From an uncultured Methylomirabilota bacterium (GTDB taxonomy: Bacteria; Methylomirabilota; Methylomirabilia; Methylomirabilales; 2-02-FULL-66-22), in contig OY970067.1 of assembly GCA_963705305.1 (NCBI GenBank), positions 4,224,001-4,288,000 of the forward strand: DNA of 64,000 nucleotides, in the 5' to 3' direction. A program made the position numbers and the translations under genes. Every line of letters begins with the position of its first letter. Within the stretch, counting starts at the first letter, position 1. The notes under the pieces are model-generated. The model was not told the origin of the DNA. It worked only from the letters and a program-made list of their open reading frames with translations, and did not search any database. Positions 32,075 to 43,895 of this stretch are shown here, one piece after another.

Positions 32075-33268
32075 TCAGCGTCCCTCGGTCTTGCCGGCCC
32101 CGCTGCCGGTCGGAGCGGCCCACACCTGCTCGAACCATCCCTGCACGTCTCCGCCCGGCTTGGCGACATAGACCACGTAGGGCGATCTCACCAGGTCGCC
32201 GCTCTTGTCCCAGCGCTGCCGTCCCAGCACCCCGTCGAAGGCGGTGGCGTGGATCGCCCGGATGACCTTCTCCAGCTCTTCGGGGCTGTTGTTCCGCGGC
32301 CGCCCCACAAGAATGGCGTGCAGCAGAACGCTCACCGCGTCGTAGGTGGTCAGGACGTACGGTCCCAGCGATCCGTACTCCAGCTCGAACCGGTGAATGA
32401 CCGCCTGCGCCGCGGGAAGCCGCTGCGGGTCGGGGGCGAAGGTCAGGTAGGTTCCCTTGGCGGCCTCTTCCCCCGCGATCTTGACGAATTCCGCGTCGAG
32501 GGCCGCGTCGTCGCTGACGAAGGAGGCCGTGAGCCCGGCCTGCCGCATCTGCCGGACCAGAAATCCGGCCTCGCGGAAGACCCCGCCAAAATAGACGGCA
32601 TCAGGCTTCAGGGCGGCCATCTGCGCCGCCAGCTCGCGGAAGTTCCGATCTCCCTGCGCGATCTCCTCGACCGCCAGGATGCGGGGCCCCCTGCGGCGCT
32701 CCAGGGCGCGGATGAAGGCCTCCGCCAGCATGCGGCCGTATTCGGTGCGGTCGTGCACCACCACGATGCGCTGCGCGCGCAGTCGGAGCAGCACGAACTC
32801 GGCCGCCGTGAGCGCCTGCTGGTCGTCGCGGCCCGTCACCCGGAAGACGTTGTCGAATCCCTGCATGGTGAGGCGCGGGTTCGTGGAGGTGGGGCTGACC
32901 ATGGGGATGCCCGCCTGGTGGTACACGGCCGAGGCGAGAATGGACGAGCTGGAGTAGAAATGGCCGACGACGCCCCACACCCCGTCCTGCACCAGCTGCT
33001 CGGCCGCGCGCTTGGCCTGGCGGGCGTCGAACTCGTCCTCCTTGACCAGCAGCGCGACCTGGCGTCCGAGCGGGCGGCTCCAGTCGCCGACGGCCATCCC
33101 GGCCGCCCGCCGCATGCTCTCCCCCACGCCGCCCATCTCGCCCACCATGGGGACCACCAGGCCCAGCGTGACGGGGGCCGGATTCGCAGCGCCGGCCGGA
33201 GCCGCCGCACATGCGGCCAGCATCATGCTGAGCAGCGCACACGGCCAGCCCAGGCGGTTCCTCCTCAT
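32075..33268 (-). CDS. Branched-chain amino acid ABC transporter substrate-binding protein (LivJ/K-like)
   Basis: Signal peptide; GVVGHFYSSSSI.AS.VY, SPTSTNPRLT, FRVTGRDDQQ, HDRTEYG. Confidence 0.9.
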   Translation of the reverse strand: MRRNRLGWPCALLSMMLAACAAAPAGAANPAPVTLGLVVPMVGEMGGVGESMRRAAGMAVGDWSRPLGRQVALLVKEDEFDARQAKRAAEQLVQDGVWGVVGHFYSSSSILASAVYHQAGIPMVSPTSTNPRLTMQGFDNVFRVTGRDDQQALTAAEFVLLRLRAQRIVVVHDRTEYGRMLAEAFIRALERRRGPRILAVEEIAQGDRNFRELAAQMAALKPDAVYFGGVFREAGFLVRQMRQAGLTASFVSDDAALDAEFVKIAGEEAAKGTYLTFAPDPQRLPAAQAVIHRFELEYGSLGPYVLTTYDAVSVLLHAILVGRPRNNSPEELEKVIRAIHATAFDGVLGRQRWDKSGDLVRSPYVVYVAKPGGDVQGWFEQVWAAPTGSGAGKTEGR

Positions 33269-33300
33269 CCGATCCTCATCGAGAGAGTCCGCAGCGCCCG

Positions 33301-33937
33301 TCAGGCCGCGCCCACCTTGGCCGCCAGCACCCGCTCGCGAAAGGCCCGCGCCGCCCCGGCGATGTCCCGGGCCGCCACGACGGCGGAGATGACAGCCGGG
33401 GCCGTGGCGCCGGCCCGGATGACGCCGGCGACGTTGTCCAGGGTGATGCCGCCGATGGCCAGGATCGGCAGATCCACGGCGGCCCGGACCTCCCGCAGCA
33501 AGTCCAGGCCGCGCGGCGTGTAGCCTGTGTCCTTGGTGCCCGTCCCGAACATCGGCCCGAAGCCGATGTAGTCGGCTCCCGCCCGCGCCGCGGCATCCGC
33601 CTGCCGGCCGTCGTGGGTGGAGACTCCCAGCAGGCGCCCCTCCCCCAGCAGGCGCCGCGCCGCCTCGGCCGGCAGGTCCTCCTGGCCGACGTGGGCCCCA
33701 TCGGCCCCGGCGGCCAGGGCCAGGTCGACCCGGTCGTTCACGATGAAGGTGGCCCCGTGGGCGCGGCACAATGCGCGGATGGCCCGGGCCTGCCGCAGGA
33801 GGTCGTGCAGGTCCCCCCCTTGTCCCGAAGCTGGATCATGTCCGCCCCGCCGGCCAGCGCCTCGCGGGCCACAGCCAGATGATCCTTGCCCGGGGCCAGC
33901 AGCGCATCCGTGATCACGCACAGGTGCCAGGATCGCG

Positions 33938-33941
<4 letters not shown>
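33301..33941 (-). CDS. thiE: Thiamine-phosphate synthase, frameshifted in a G7 run (33813-33819)
   Basis: LCVITD...[11 protein letters not shown] in one frame continues as [43 protein letters not shown] in another. Confidence 0.9.
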
Positions 33942-35284
<1,343 letters not shown>

Positions 35285-35335
35285 GGGCAGGAATGGGCGC
35301 TCGAGGTTAGTGTTCCGAGTGTCGGCCCGCCGGCG

Positions 35336-35791
<456 letters not shown>

Positions 35792-35800
35792 CCCGCCCCC

Positions 35801-36364
35801 TCAGGCGCGCTCGATGTAGGCCCCCGTCCGCGTGTCCACGCGCAGCCGATCCCCCACATTGATGAAGAGGGGCACCTGGATGACCGCGCCGGTCTCCAGC
35901 GTGGCCGGCTTGGATCCCCCCGAGGCCGTGTCCCCACGGACGCCCGGCTCGGTCGCGGACACCGCCAGCTCCACGAACGTCGGCACCTCGACCGTGAGGG
36001 GCCTCCCCCCGTGGGAGACGATGGTCACCACCATCTCTTCCTTGAGGTACTTCTGCGCACCCCCCAGCTGATCCTCCGGCAGGAAGAACTGCTCGTAGGT
36101 CTCCGTGTCCATGAAGTGGTACTCGTCGCCGTTCCGGTACATGAATTGTACCTGCCGCTCGTCCAGCTCGGCCCGCTCGAGCTTCTCCTCCGTTCGGAAG
36201 GTGCGCTCGATGACGGCGCCCGTGCGGAGGTTCTTGAGCTTGGTCCGCATGAAGGCGCCGCCCTTGCCCGGCTTCACCCACTGGAAATCGGTGACGACGA
36301 ACGGGACGCTGTCCAGCTCGATTCTCACGCCTGGTCGCAAATCTCCGCCGAGGATCACTGCCAT
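35801..36364 (-). CDS. efp: Elongation factor P
   Basis: [30 protein letters not shown]. Confidence 0.96.
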   Translation of the reverse strand: MAVILGGDLRPGVRIELDSVPFVVTDFQWVKPGKGGAFMRTKLKNLRTGAVIERTFRTEEKLERAELDERQVQFMYRNGDEYHFMDTETYEQFFLPEDQLGGAQKYLKEEMVVTIVSHGGRPLTVEVPTFVELAVSATEPGVRGDTASGGSKPATLETGAVIQVPLFINVGDRLRVDTRTGAYIERA

Positions 36365-36407
36365 CTACCCCTCTGTCGCTCTCCCCCCCGAGCCCCAACC
36401 GGCCCGC

Positions 36408-37082
36408 TCACATCTCCCCCAGCTCATCCAGCGTCTGCCGCACCGCCTGCCGCATCTGGCCCCCGACCCCCTCGGAACCCGTCTCCAGTCCGCACACGAG
36501 ATCGCCGCGGCCGAAACCCAGGACCAGACGCCAGCCGGCCCCGCGCAGGCTCAGCGTACGCAGCTCGCCCCATCCGGATGTCTCCGCCACGGCGCGGACC
36601 TCGCGGACCACTCCGGCGCACTCTCCCGCCGCGGTCTCCGCGTCGCCCGGCCCCCCATGAGACGCCTGGGCCACGAGCATGCCTTCGCGATCCATCACAA
36701 ACGCCGATCGCCCTCCCCGGACCCCTTCGATCAGCCCGGTCAGCTTTGCGGTCATATTTCCCGTCACCGTCACCGGACCTCCGGCCGGCCCCCCGGCGCC
36801 TCTCGCCGAGCTTGAAGGCGTCTCGCCGGCTGCCGCCCCGTGCTGGCCCGTCGCCTTTCGCCCGTCCGCCCACCCCTTCCCGAGCTGCCGACGGATCGCC
36901 TCCGCCCGCGCCGCATCCCCTTGCGCTGCATAAAGCGCCGCCAGCGTGGGGCTGGCCAACGGATCCACCTCGGGCGCAGCCAGCCTGGCTGCAAGGGGCT
37001 CCCCGGTCTCGCCGAGGATGACAGCCGGGGGCTCGTCGCCTTCCCGCACTTCCGAGGATTCAGGTCCCGTCTTTTCAGTCAC
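36408..37082 (-). CDS. Roadblock/LC7 (MglB-like) domain protein with N-terminal TPR-like helix
   Basis: C-terminal L..LIEGVRGGRSAFVMDREGMLVA roadblock pattern; N-terminal SPTLAALYAAQG helix. Confidence 0.6.
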   Translation of the reverse strand: MTEKTGPESSEVREGDEPPAVILGETGEPLAARLAAPEVDPLASPTLAALYAAQGDAARAEAIRRQLGKGWADGRKATGQHGAAAGETPSSSARGAGGPAGGPVTVTGNMTAKLTGLIEGVRGGRSAFVMDREGMLVAQASHGGPGDAETAAGECAGVVREVRAVAETSGWGELRTLSLRGAGWRLVLGFGRGDLVCGLETGSEGVGGQMRQAVRQTLDELGEM

Positions 37083-37148
37083 GGCTGAAGAGCGTGCGGC
37101 CGGGCATCGGGCATTGATCGCAGGAACGAACAGCCCGATTCCAACCGA

Positions 37149-38288
37149 TTACGACAAAGACTGGAGGGACTCCCGGATCTCCGTCAAGTCGGAAACCGGC
37201 GCGAGGGTAACACTTCCCACCCCACGTGTCAATACGAATTGGATCACTCCGTCCTGCATCTTCTTATCGCTAACTATGTATTTTTCCAACGATTCCAGCG
37301 GTGGAATGGGCGCCGAAAGGAGCCCGAGTTTGCCCAGCAGCACCCGCAACCGCCCGGCATCCGCCCGTGGGCACAGGCCGCGTCGGACTGACAGCTCCGA
37401 CGCGAGCAGCATGCCGAAGGCCACGGCCTCCCCATGGGTAACGTTTCCGTAGCCCAAGGCGGCCTCCAACGCATGGCCCACCGTATGGCCGAAGTTCAGA
37501 ATGGCGCGGATCCCCCCCTCTCGCTCGTCCGCCTCAACCACCCTCGCCTTGATGGCGCAGGAGCGCGCCACCAGCGGTTGCAGGACCGCGGGGTCTCGCG
37601 CCAGGATCCGGCCGGTTTCCACCTCCAGGCTGGCAAAGAGCCGCGCGTCCGCGATCATGGCGTGCTTGACGACTTCGGCCATGCCCGAGCGAAACTCCCG
37701 ATCCGGCAGGGTGCGCAGCGTCAGCACATCGGCCACCACCAGCCGAGGCTGATGGAAGGCCCCCACCAGATTCTTGCCTTCCGGGAGGTTGACGCCGGTC
37801 TTCCCCCCGATGCTGCTGTCCATCTGGGCCAGGAGCGTGGTAGGAAGGTTGATGAAGGGGATACCGCGGAACAGGATCGCGGCCACAAACCCCGCCAGGT
37901 CCCCGACGACCCCGCCGCCCAGGCCGAGAATCGCCGAGCCGCGATCCAGGCGGGCAGCGACCATCTCACGGGCCAGCCGGCCCGCCTCGTCCAAGGACTT
38001 GCTGGCCTCGCCCTCGGGGACGCAGGCGACATGGGTCTCGTAACCGGCAGCGGCCAGCGAATCCAACACCCGCGGCGCGTAGCGGAAGCTATCCAACAGG
38101 ATCGGATGCGTCACCAGCCCGAGGCGGCGCCCAACCCCGAGCGGCCGGATCAGATCCCCCAGCCTCTCCAGCAGGTTCACCCCGATATGGATCTCGTAGG
38201 AGCGGCTGGCCAGGTTCACCGGCACAACCTCCGATCCGGCCGGCGACCTGTCGGAGCCAATCATAGCGTGCGGATCGAGGGCGGTCAT
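37149..38288 (-). CDS. aroB: 3-dehydroquinate synthase
   Basis: GEASKS, GGGVVGDLAGF, PTTLLAQMDSSIGGKTGVN, KNLVGAFHQP, LNFGHT, HGEAV. Confidence 0.96.
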   Translation of the reverse strand: MTALDPHAMIGSDRSPAGSEVVPVNLASRSYEIHIGVNLLERLGDLIRPLGVGRRLGLVTHPILLDSFRYAPRVLDSLAAAGYETHVACVPEGEASKSLDEAGRLAREMVAARLDRGSAILGLGGGVVGDLAGFVAAILFRGIPFINLPTTLLAQMDSSIGGKTGVNLPEGKNLVGAFHQPRLVVADVLTLRTLPDREFRSGMAEVVKHAMIADARLFASLEVETGRILARDPAVLQPLVARSCAIKARVVEADEREGGIRAILNFGHTVGHALEAALGYGNVTHGEAVAFGMLLASELSVRRGLCPRADAGRLRVLLGKLGLLSAPIPPLESLEKYIVSDKKMQDGVIQFVLTRGVGSVTLAPVSDLTEIRESLQSLS

Positions 38289-38477
38289 GGATGCTCCACC
38301 ACCTTGCTTGTCAAGAGCCCGCTGCGACGTGTCGATGCCGAATCGGCCCGGGCAGGGCCCCGAGCGGAGTCGCGGGGCCGAGAGATCGACACCCAGGATG
38401 CCCTTCCGTCATTCCGGCGCCATACACTAGCAGGGGACCGCCCTCTTGTCGACCCCATCGAGGCAACTTTGCCGTCT

Positions 38478-39347
38478 TCACTGCCCGCCCTTCCCCGCTT
38501 CCGACTCCGCATCTGCCCGCATCGGCTTTGCGGAAACGAAAAGGCGCATCCGGGGGAGCTCCGCCGGCGACACCGCCTGCATGCCGCTCCGGCCTCTGCC
38601 CGCAATTGCTTGATGAACCGCCTGGACGCGTGGGAGAAAGTCGTCGCAGTCCAGCCCCAGGACCTCCCCCCGAAACCCGGCCGTCTTGTCCAATCCCTTC
38701 GCCAGCTGATTGAGCGCCCCCTCATAGCTGCCCCGGACGGCGTGATGGAAGCCAACGCTGATCTGGATGATGCCCTGAAGAAACCGTCTCACCGGTCCTG
38801 CCGGCTCTGCCCACCAGACGCCTTCGAGGTACTCGTGAGCCTCGAAGAACAGTGCCGCGTTGAAGCACAGACCCGCCCGCAGCATGGCGTCGTGCAGCGG
38901 AGGCCGTCTGGCGGTGGTGCGGTCGATCGCTCGAAGCTCGGCGAGGACCTGCGCGTAGGCTCCCACCTGCCGCCGCAGCTCCTCCATGCCCGCGCCGACA
39001 GCCGGCCACAGCTCGACCGGGCAGGCGTCATCCCATCCCCCCGGTGGATCCGCTCCTGCGGGAGCGCCACCACCCCCCGCAGCGCGCAGGCGAAGCGGCC
39101 CGCCTGGCCCGACCAGGGGGGCCAGCGCCGCCCGCGGGTCGGCTGCCGGGAGCGCGGCCGCACTCCCGGCCTCGGCCAGATCCGCCATAGGTATCATCAG
39201 GGTGCCGCGCACCTCGCACACCCGAAAGTAGAGCCACAGCCAATCGATCGCGGTCCGTCCCTGAGGATGTTCCATGGCCGCCAGGAACAGCTCGATCAGG
39301 TGCCTTTGCACGCGGCGCGCGGCCGCGGAGATGCCATGGTCGCTCAT
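38478..39347 (-). CDS. DUF309-domain protein with N-terminal extension
   Basis: FN...FFEAHEYLE.VW...FLQGIIQISVGFHH..RG..GA. Confidence 0.8.
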   Translation of the reverse strand: MSDHGISAAARRVQRHLIELFLAAMEHPQGRTAIDWLWLYFRVCEVRGTLMIPMADLAEAGSAAALPAADPRAALAPLVGPGGPLRLRAAGGGGAPAGADPPGGWDDACPVELWPAVGAGMEELRRQVGAYAQVLAELRAIDRTTARRPPLHDAMLRAGLCFNAALFFEAHEYLEGVWWAEPAGPVRRFLQGIIQISVGFHHAVRGSYEGALNQLAKGLDKTAGFRGEVLGLDCDDFLPRVQAVHQAIAGRGRSGMQAVSPAELPRMRLFVSAKPMRADAESEAGKGGQ

Positions 39348-39469
39348 GTGTAGGAATGGAATACCACGCGAACCCGGCGCTGCAAAGCATGATTGTTCCG
39401 GCCGCGCGGGGCTCGAGGCCCTCAGGGCCGAAACTTGCGCCCCCCCGGTTGGCATCCTATACTCGAACC

Positions 39470-40072
39470 ATGAAGTACCGGTTGTTGCTTTCCGTCTCGT
39501 TGCAGCAACTCATAGCCTGGCTGATCGTGTATAAATATATGATTCTCTTTCCCATTCTGGTCTTCGAAGGGCCGATTACTACGGTGATTGCGGGATTTCT
39601 GGTCTCCCTAGGTCGCTTGAACTTCCTTATCGTCTATATCACCGCCGTGACGGCGGACCTCGTTGGCGACACTCTGTACTATCTGGTCGGACGATTCGGG
39701 CTCCCGCTGCTGGCATCCCGCTGGGGGGGCCATGTGCGGATGGACACGTCGCAAATCGAGCGGGTGAAGCGGCAGTTCGCCCGCCACGTCGGCAAGACAC
39801 TCCTAACCGGGAAGCTGACCCATGGTGTCGGCGGCCTGATCCTGTTTACCGCCGGGGCGGCCGAGATCCCCTATTCCACGTTCATGTGGTACAACACGCT
39901 GGGGACCCTCCTGAAGTCGATGGTGCTGCTTCTAGCCGGATTCTATTTCGGGCATGCCTATCAACGGATAAGCGATATCCTCGACGGTCTGGCGGCGGGC
40001 ACCGTAGCGCTCTTCCTGCTCGTGCTGACGGCGCTGCTCCTCCACAACAGGCGCCACGAGCGGAGGGCGTGA
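39470..40072 (+). CDS. DedA/VTT-family membrane protein
   Basis: EGP....AGFL, D..GDTLYYLVGRFG, GK.LL.GKL, AG...IPY..F..YN. Confidence 0.88.
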   Translation: MKYRLLLSVSLQQLIAWLIVYKYMILFPILVFEGPITTVIAGFLVSLGRLNFLIVYITAVTADLVGDTLYYLVGRFGLPLLASRWGGHVRMDTSQIERVKRQFARHVGKTLLTGKLTHGVGGLILFTAGAAEIPYSTFMWYNTLGTLLKSMVLLLAGFYFGHAYQRISDILDGLAAGTVALFLLVLTALLLHNRRHERRA

Positions 40073-40264
40073 CGGGAAGGGGAACGGCGCGTCTGAAGCT
40101 GCAACCCGAATGGCCGGCGCGCGGCGCCGTCGTTCTTCGAGCGACCTCCAACGGCGGGCCCGCCTGCAGATATCCGGCGGTGGATGGGCGGCGCCCGACC
40201 GAGCAAGGAGGCCCTGACTCTCTGCGGGCGCAGGGGGACAGGGCCGTTGTCATTGGGCGTCCGC

Positions 40265-40933
40265 ATGGCGCACGCAATGAAAAACGTGAAGGCGATTGCC
40301 GACGAATACAGGGTGTGTCTGACCGACCACACGTTCCTCAGGTCGTTCAGCGTCGGCTTCCTCTACCTTCTCGGCAGCCTGATCATTAATTATCTGGCGG
40401 GCACCTATGCCTCTCTGCACGCCGGCAAGCCCGTGCGCGATCTCATCCTCGATCATGTCCCCACCTTCCAGGTCGACGATCTGTTCGTCTACGGCGCGTT
40501 CCTCATGTGGCTGTTCGTGCTGCTGGTCCTTCTCTACGCGCCCCGCACGTTTCCGTTTGTCTTCAAGGCCCTGGCCCTATTCATCGTCATCCGCTCCTTC
40601 TTCATTATCCTGACGCATATCGGTGGACCGGCGCACGAGGCCCTGCTGGACCCCAATCGAGTCTTCGACAAGCTCACCTTTTCAGGCGACCTGTTCTTCT
40701 CCGGACACACGGGATTCCCCTTCCTGCTTGCCCTCATTTTCTGGGAGAGTAAAATGCTTCGCGGGATCTTTCTCGTCTCTTCCGTCGTCTTTGCCCTGGC
40801 CGTGCTGATGGGGCACTTGCATTACTCGATTGATGTGTTTGGGGCGTTCTTCATCACCGACAGCATCTTCCGGATCGCGCAGCGCTTCTTCGCGCAGGAC
40901 TACGAGCGGCTGGCCGCGCAGGTGCGCTCCTGA
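40265..40933 (+). CDS. Sphingomyelin-synthase-like (PAP2 superfamily) membrane protein
   Basis: DLILDHVP, GDLFFSGHT and HYSIDV match SMS/IPC-synthase D3/D4 motifs; multiple TM helices. Confidence 0.8.
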   Translation: MAHAMKNVKAIADEYRVCLTDHTFLRSFSVGFLYLLGSLIINYLAGTYASLHAGKPVRDLILDHVPTFQVDDLFVYGAFLMWLFVLLVLLYAPRTFPFVFKALALFIVIRSFFIILTHIGGPAHEALLDPNRVFDKLTFSGDLFFSGHTGFPFLLALIFWESKMLRGIFLVSSVVFALAVLMGHLHYSIDVFGAFFITDSIFRIAQRFFAQDYERLAAQVRS

Positions 40934-40944
40934 GACGCGGCCCG

Positions 40945-42231
40945 ATGTCCCGTCGCGGGAGGCATGAGCGCGTGAGCGCGGGCGGGCCGTTGCGCATCGC
41001 GATGTTCTCCGACAACTTCCACCCGGAGCTGAGCGGCATCTCCGACTCCATCCTGACGCTGGCCGGCGCGCTGGCGTCCGGCGGGCACCGCTTTCATCTC
41101 TTTGCCCCCCGGTACACCGGCCGGAATTACCAGCTGTTGGGATTGCCTCAGGCGGAGCTGGACTTGGGGCCCGCGATCCGTATCACCCGCTGCTCTTCCC
41201 TGCCCTACCCCACGGGGACGCGGCAAGGGCGGCTGGCGATCCCCACGGGACTCCGCTGGCGGGCCCTGCGGGCGTTTCGGCCGGATCTGATCCACGTGCA
41301 CCTGCCGTTTACGATGGGGATCGAGGGGCTCGTCGCGGCCAGGGCGCTCGGGGCGCCCCTGGTGGGCACGAACCACACGCCGATCTCCGAGTTCCTTCGC
41401 TACAGCCCCATTCGCGGGCGGTGGCTCGAGCGGCTGGCCAACCGGTACGTGGGCTGGTTCTACCGGCAGTGCGATTTCGTGAGCTCGCCGGCGCAGTCGA
41501 TCTTGACGGAAATGGCGGGGGCGCTCCGGCGCGTCCCCTCCCGCGCGATTTCCAACCCCATCCGCCTCGACGACTTCGGTCCGCTGCCGGACACGGGCGG
41601 CCTCAAGCAGAAATTCGGCTTTCCCCCGTTCACCGTCCTGTACTTCGGCCGCCTGGCTCCCGAAAAGCGCCTCGACCTCGTGCTGCGGGCCGTCGCGCAT
41701 TTGGCGCCGGACCTCCCGGACCTGGGGGTGGCCTTTGCGGGCAGGGGATCGGCGGAGCACCACCTGAAAGCGCTCTGCCGCGCGCTCGGCCTGGATGCCC
41801 GGGTGAAGTTCCTGGGATTCGTCCCCGAGCTTTCGACGGTCGTCGAGATCTACAACGCGGCCGACGTGTTCGTCATGACCAGCACCGCGGAAACGCAGAG
41901 CATCTCGACCATGCAGGCGATGGCCTGCGGGCTGCCCGTGGTCGGGGTGCGCGCCTGGGGGCTCCAGGAGTACATCAATCCGACCAACGGGATCCTGATC
42001 GATCCGGGGGACGAGCGCGCCCTGCGGGAGGCGCTGCTCTCCCTGCACACCGATCCCGCCGCCAGGGCGCGGCTGGGACAAGGCGGCCAACGCTGCGTGA
42101 AGGCCTATTCGGTTCCGGCTATCGCCGCGGAATGGGAGGGGGTGTATCGCATGGTGCTGGATCGCTTTCAGGGACAGCCGGGGAACGAGGCTGGAGCCGC
42201 CTCTCCTCCCGGCGCCGGGAGACCCGTTTGA
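40945..42231 (+). CDS. Glycosyltransferase family 4 (diacylglycerol glucosyltransferase-like)
   Basis: RIAMFSDNFHPELSGI, PDLIHVH.PF..G, GTNHT, GRLAPEK, ETQSISTMQAMACGLPVV. Confidence 0.88.
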   Translation: MSRRGRHERVSAGGPLRIAMFSDNFHPELSGISDSILTLAGALASGGHRFHLFAPRYTGRNYQLLGLPQAELDLGPAIRITRCSSLPYPTGTRQGRLAIPTGLRWRALRAFRPDLIHVHLPFTMGIEGLVAARALGAPLVGTNHTPISEFLRYSPIRGRWLERLANRYVGWFYRQCDFVSSPAQSILTEMAGALRRVPSRAISNPIRLDDFGPLPDTGGLKQKFGFPPFTVLYFGRLAPEKRLDLVLRAVAHLAPDLPDLGVAFAGRGSAEHHLKALCRALGLDARVKFLGFVPELSTVVEIYNAADVFVMTSTAETQSISTMQAMACGLPVVGVRAWGLQEYINPTNGILIDPGDERALREALLSLHTDPAARARLGQGGQRCVKAYSVPAIAAEWEGVYRMVLDRFQGQPGNEAGAASPPGAGRPV

Positions 42232-42280
42232 GGCTGCGGCGGCCGCGCCGCGATTTCGCCGAGGCGTGAGGTGCCCTGCG

Positions 42281-43048
42281 ATGAAGATCAGCTTCGCCAT
42301 CCCTGCTTACAACGAGGCGGCCAATATCGGGAAGTGCCTCGAGTCCATCCTGCGGGAGAGTGCCGGAAGGGCCGGAACCGAGATCCTGGTGGTGGACAAC
42401 GCCAGCACGGACGGGACGGGCGAGACCGCCCGGCGCTTTCCGGGCGTGACGGTCGTCGCGGAGCGCAGAAAGGGGATCACCTTCGCGCGGCAGGCCGGCC
42501 TGACGGCAAGCCACGGGGATCTGGTCGCCAACATCGACGCGGACACCATGCTCACACCGGGGTGGATCGACACCGTGCTGGCGGAATTCTCGCGGGATCC
42601 GCGACTGGTGTGCCTCAGCGGCCCATTCATCTTCTGCGATGCCTCGCGCTGGGTCCGGTTCTGGACCCGCCTCTTCTATTGGGCCGGCTTCGGAACCTAC
42701 CTGATCAACCGGTTCGTGATCCGAGGCGGGTCAATGGTTCAAGGAGGGAATTTCGTCTGCCGGAAGTCCGCGCTGGAGACCGCGGGGGGGTTCGACACCC
42801 GCATCGATTTCTACGGGGAAGATACCGACATCGCCCAACGCCTTCACCGGGTGGGGCGCGTCAAGTGGACATTTCGGCTGCCCATGTTCGCGTCGGCGCG
42901 GCGGCTCAAGGCCGAGGGCGTGGTCGCAACCGGGATGCGCTACACGTTGAACTATTTTTGGATTCTGCTCTTCAAGCGGCCGTTCACCAAGCGCTCGACC
43001 GATATCCGCCCCGCTGACCATCCGGGCGGCCCGGCCGCGGCGGGCTAA
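42281..43048 (+). CDS. Glycosyltransferase family 2
   Basis: ISFAIPAYNE, VVDNASTDGT, IDAD, GGFD...YGEDTD, SARR. Confidence 0.9.
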   Translation: MKISFAIPAYNEAANIGKCLESILRESAGRAGTEILVVDNASTDGTGETARRFPGVTVVAERRKGITFARQAGLTASHGDLVANIDADTMLTPGWIDTVLAEFSRDPRLVCLSGPFIFCDASRWVRFWTRLFYWAGFGTYLINRFVIRGGSMVQGGNFVCRKSALETAGGFDTRIDFYGEDTDIAQRLHRVGRVKWTFRLPMFASARRLKAEGVVATGMRYTLNYFWILLFKRPFTKRSTDIRPADHPGGPAAAG

Positions 43049-43271
43049 CCTAGAGTGGAAAGTATTCTCCAACCGCCGTGCGGCATGAACACTCCATCTA
43101 ATACAGTAATACATTACATTAACTAATATTCATTACTATATAATAACACGCAATTATTATATTACATATCTGTGAAAAATTAGACACCAAGACACACACC
43201 TACGCTCAGGCTATTGGAACCGTAGGGCGAGGGGAAATACTGGAAGGTTGTCCGGCTAGCAGTGCTGCAGG

Positions 43272-43442
43272 TTAGCCCTGCTCCTTCTCGTGGAAGGCGC
43301 CGCACTTCTCGCAGACCTTCATCATCCGGGGGCGGGTCATGACCACCTGGGCCCAGATCAGCTCGCCACCGCACTGGCAGGTCCCGATGGACTTCCGCGC
43401 AGCACCCTGGCGAGCCACCTTCTGTACCTTGCTCTCAGCCAT
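43272..43442 (-). CDS. Small putative zinc-ribbon protein (56 aa)
   Basis: MAESKVQK...CQCGG...VCEKCG; GGAAGGAG upstream; GC-rich third codon positions. Confidence 0.65.
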   Translation of the reverse strand: MAESKVQKVARQGAARKSIGTCQCGGELIWAQVVMTRPRMMKVCEKCGAFHEKEQG

Positions 43443-43895
43443 TTCTAGCCGCTCCTTCCCGCTGCCTCGGGCAGCGTCTGTGGGCCCTGTAGGGCCCTTC
43501 CCACCAATTCGATCCCCATTCTGGCAAAAGGGTTCACGAGGACTCGATGGAAAAATCGCGGAATAATAGCCGGGTATTACCGTGCATGCAACAAAAAACT
43601 GACGTTCTTGCTCGCCCCGCAGCATAAGGCCTCCGCAGCCCCCCCCTCTGCACCCTACCCTTCGTCCGCGATAGAGGGGACATCGCCAGGGCTCATGACG
43701 AGCCCACCACATTGCTCCTTCCCCCGTCTCCGGCCCTCCTGCTGCCTCTCCGCACTGGTCCTCGCCCCTTTTTCCTTGACACTCAACAGGAAAATGGGAG
43801 AGTAATCGCCTCTGGAACGCGCGGGTGAGACGCGTCGCTCCGCAGAGCCGGCGCGTTGGCCGTGAGGTGCCGTCTTTACAGAAGGAGGAAAGACG

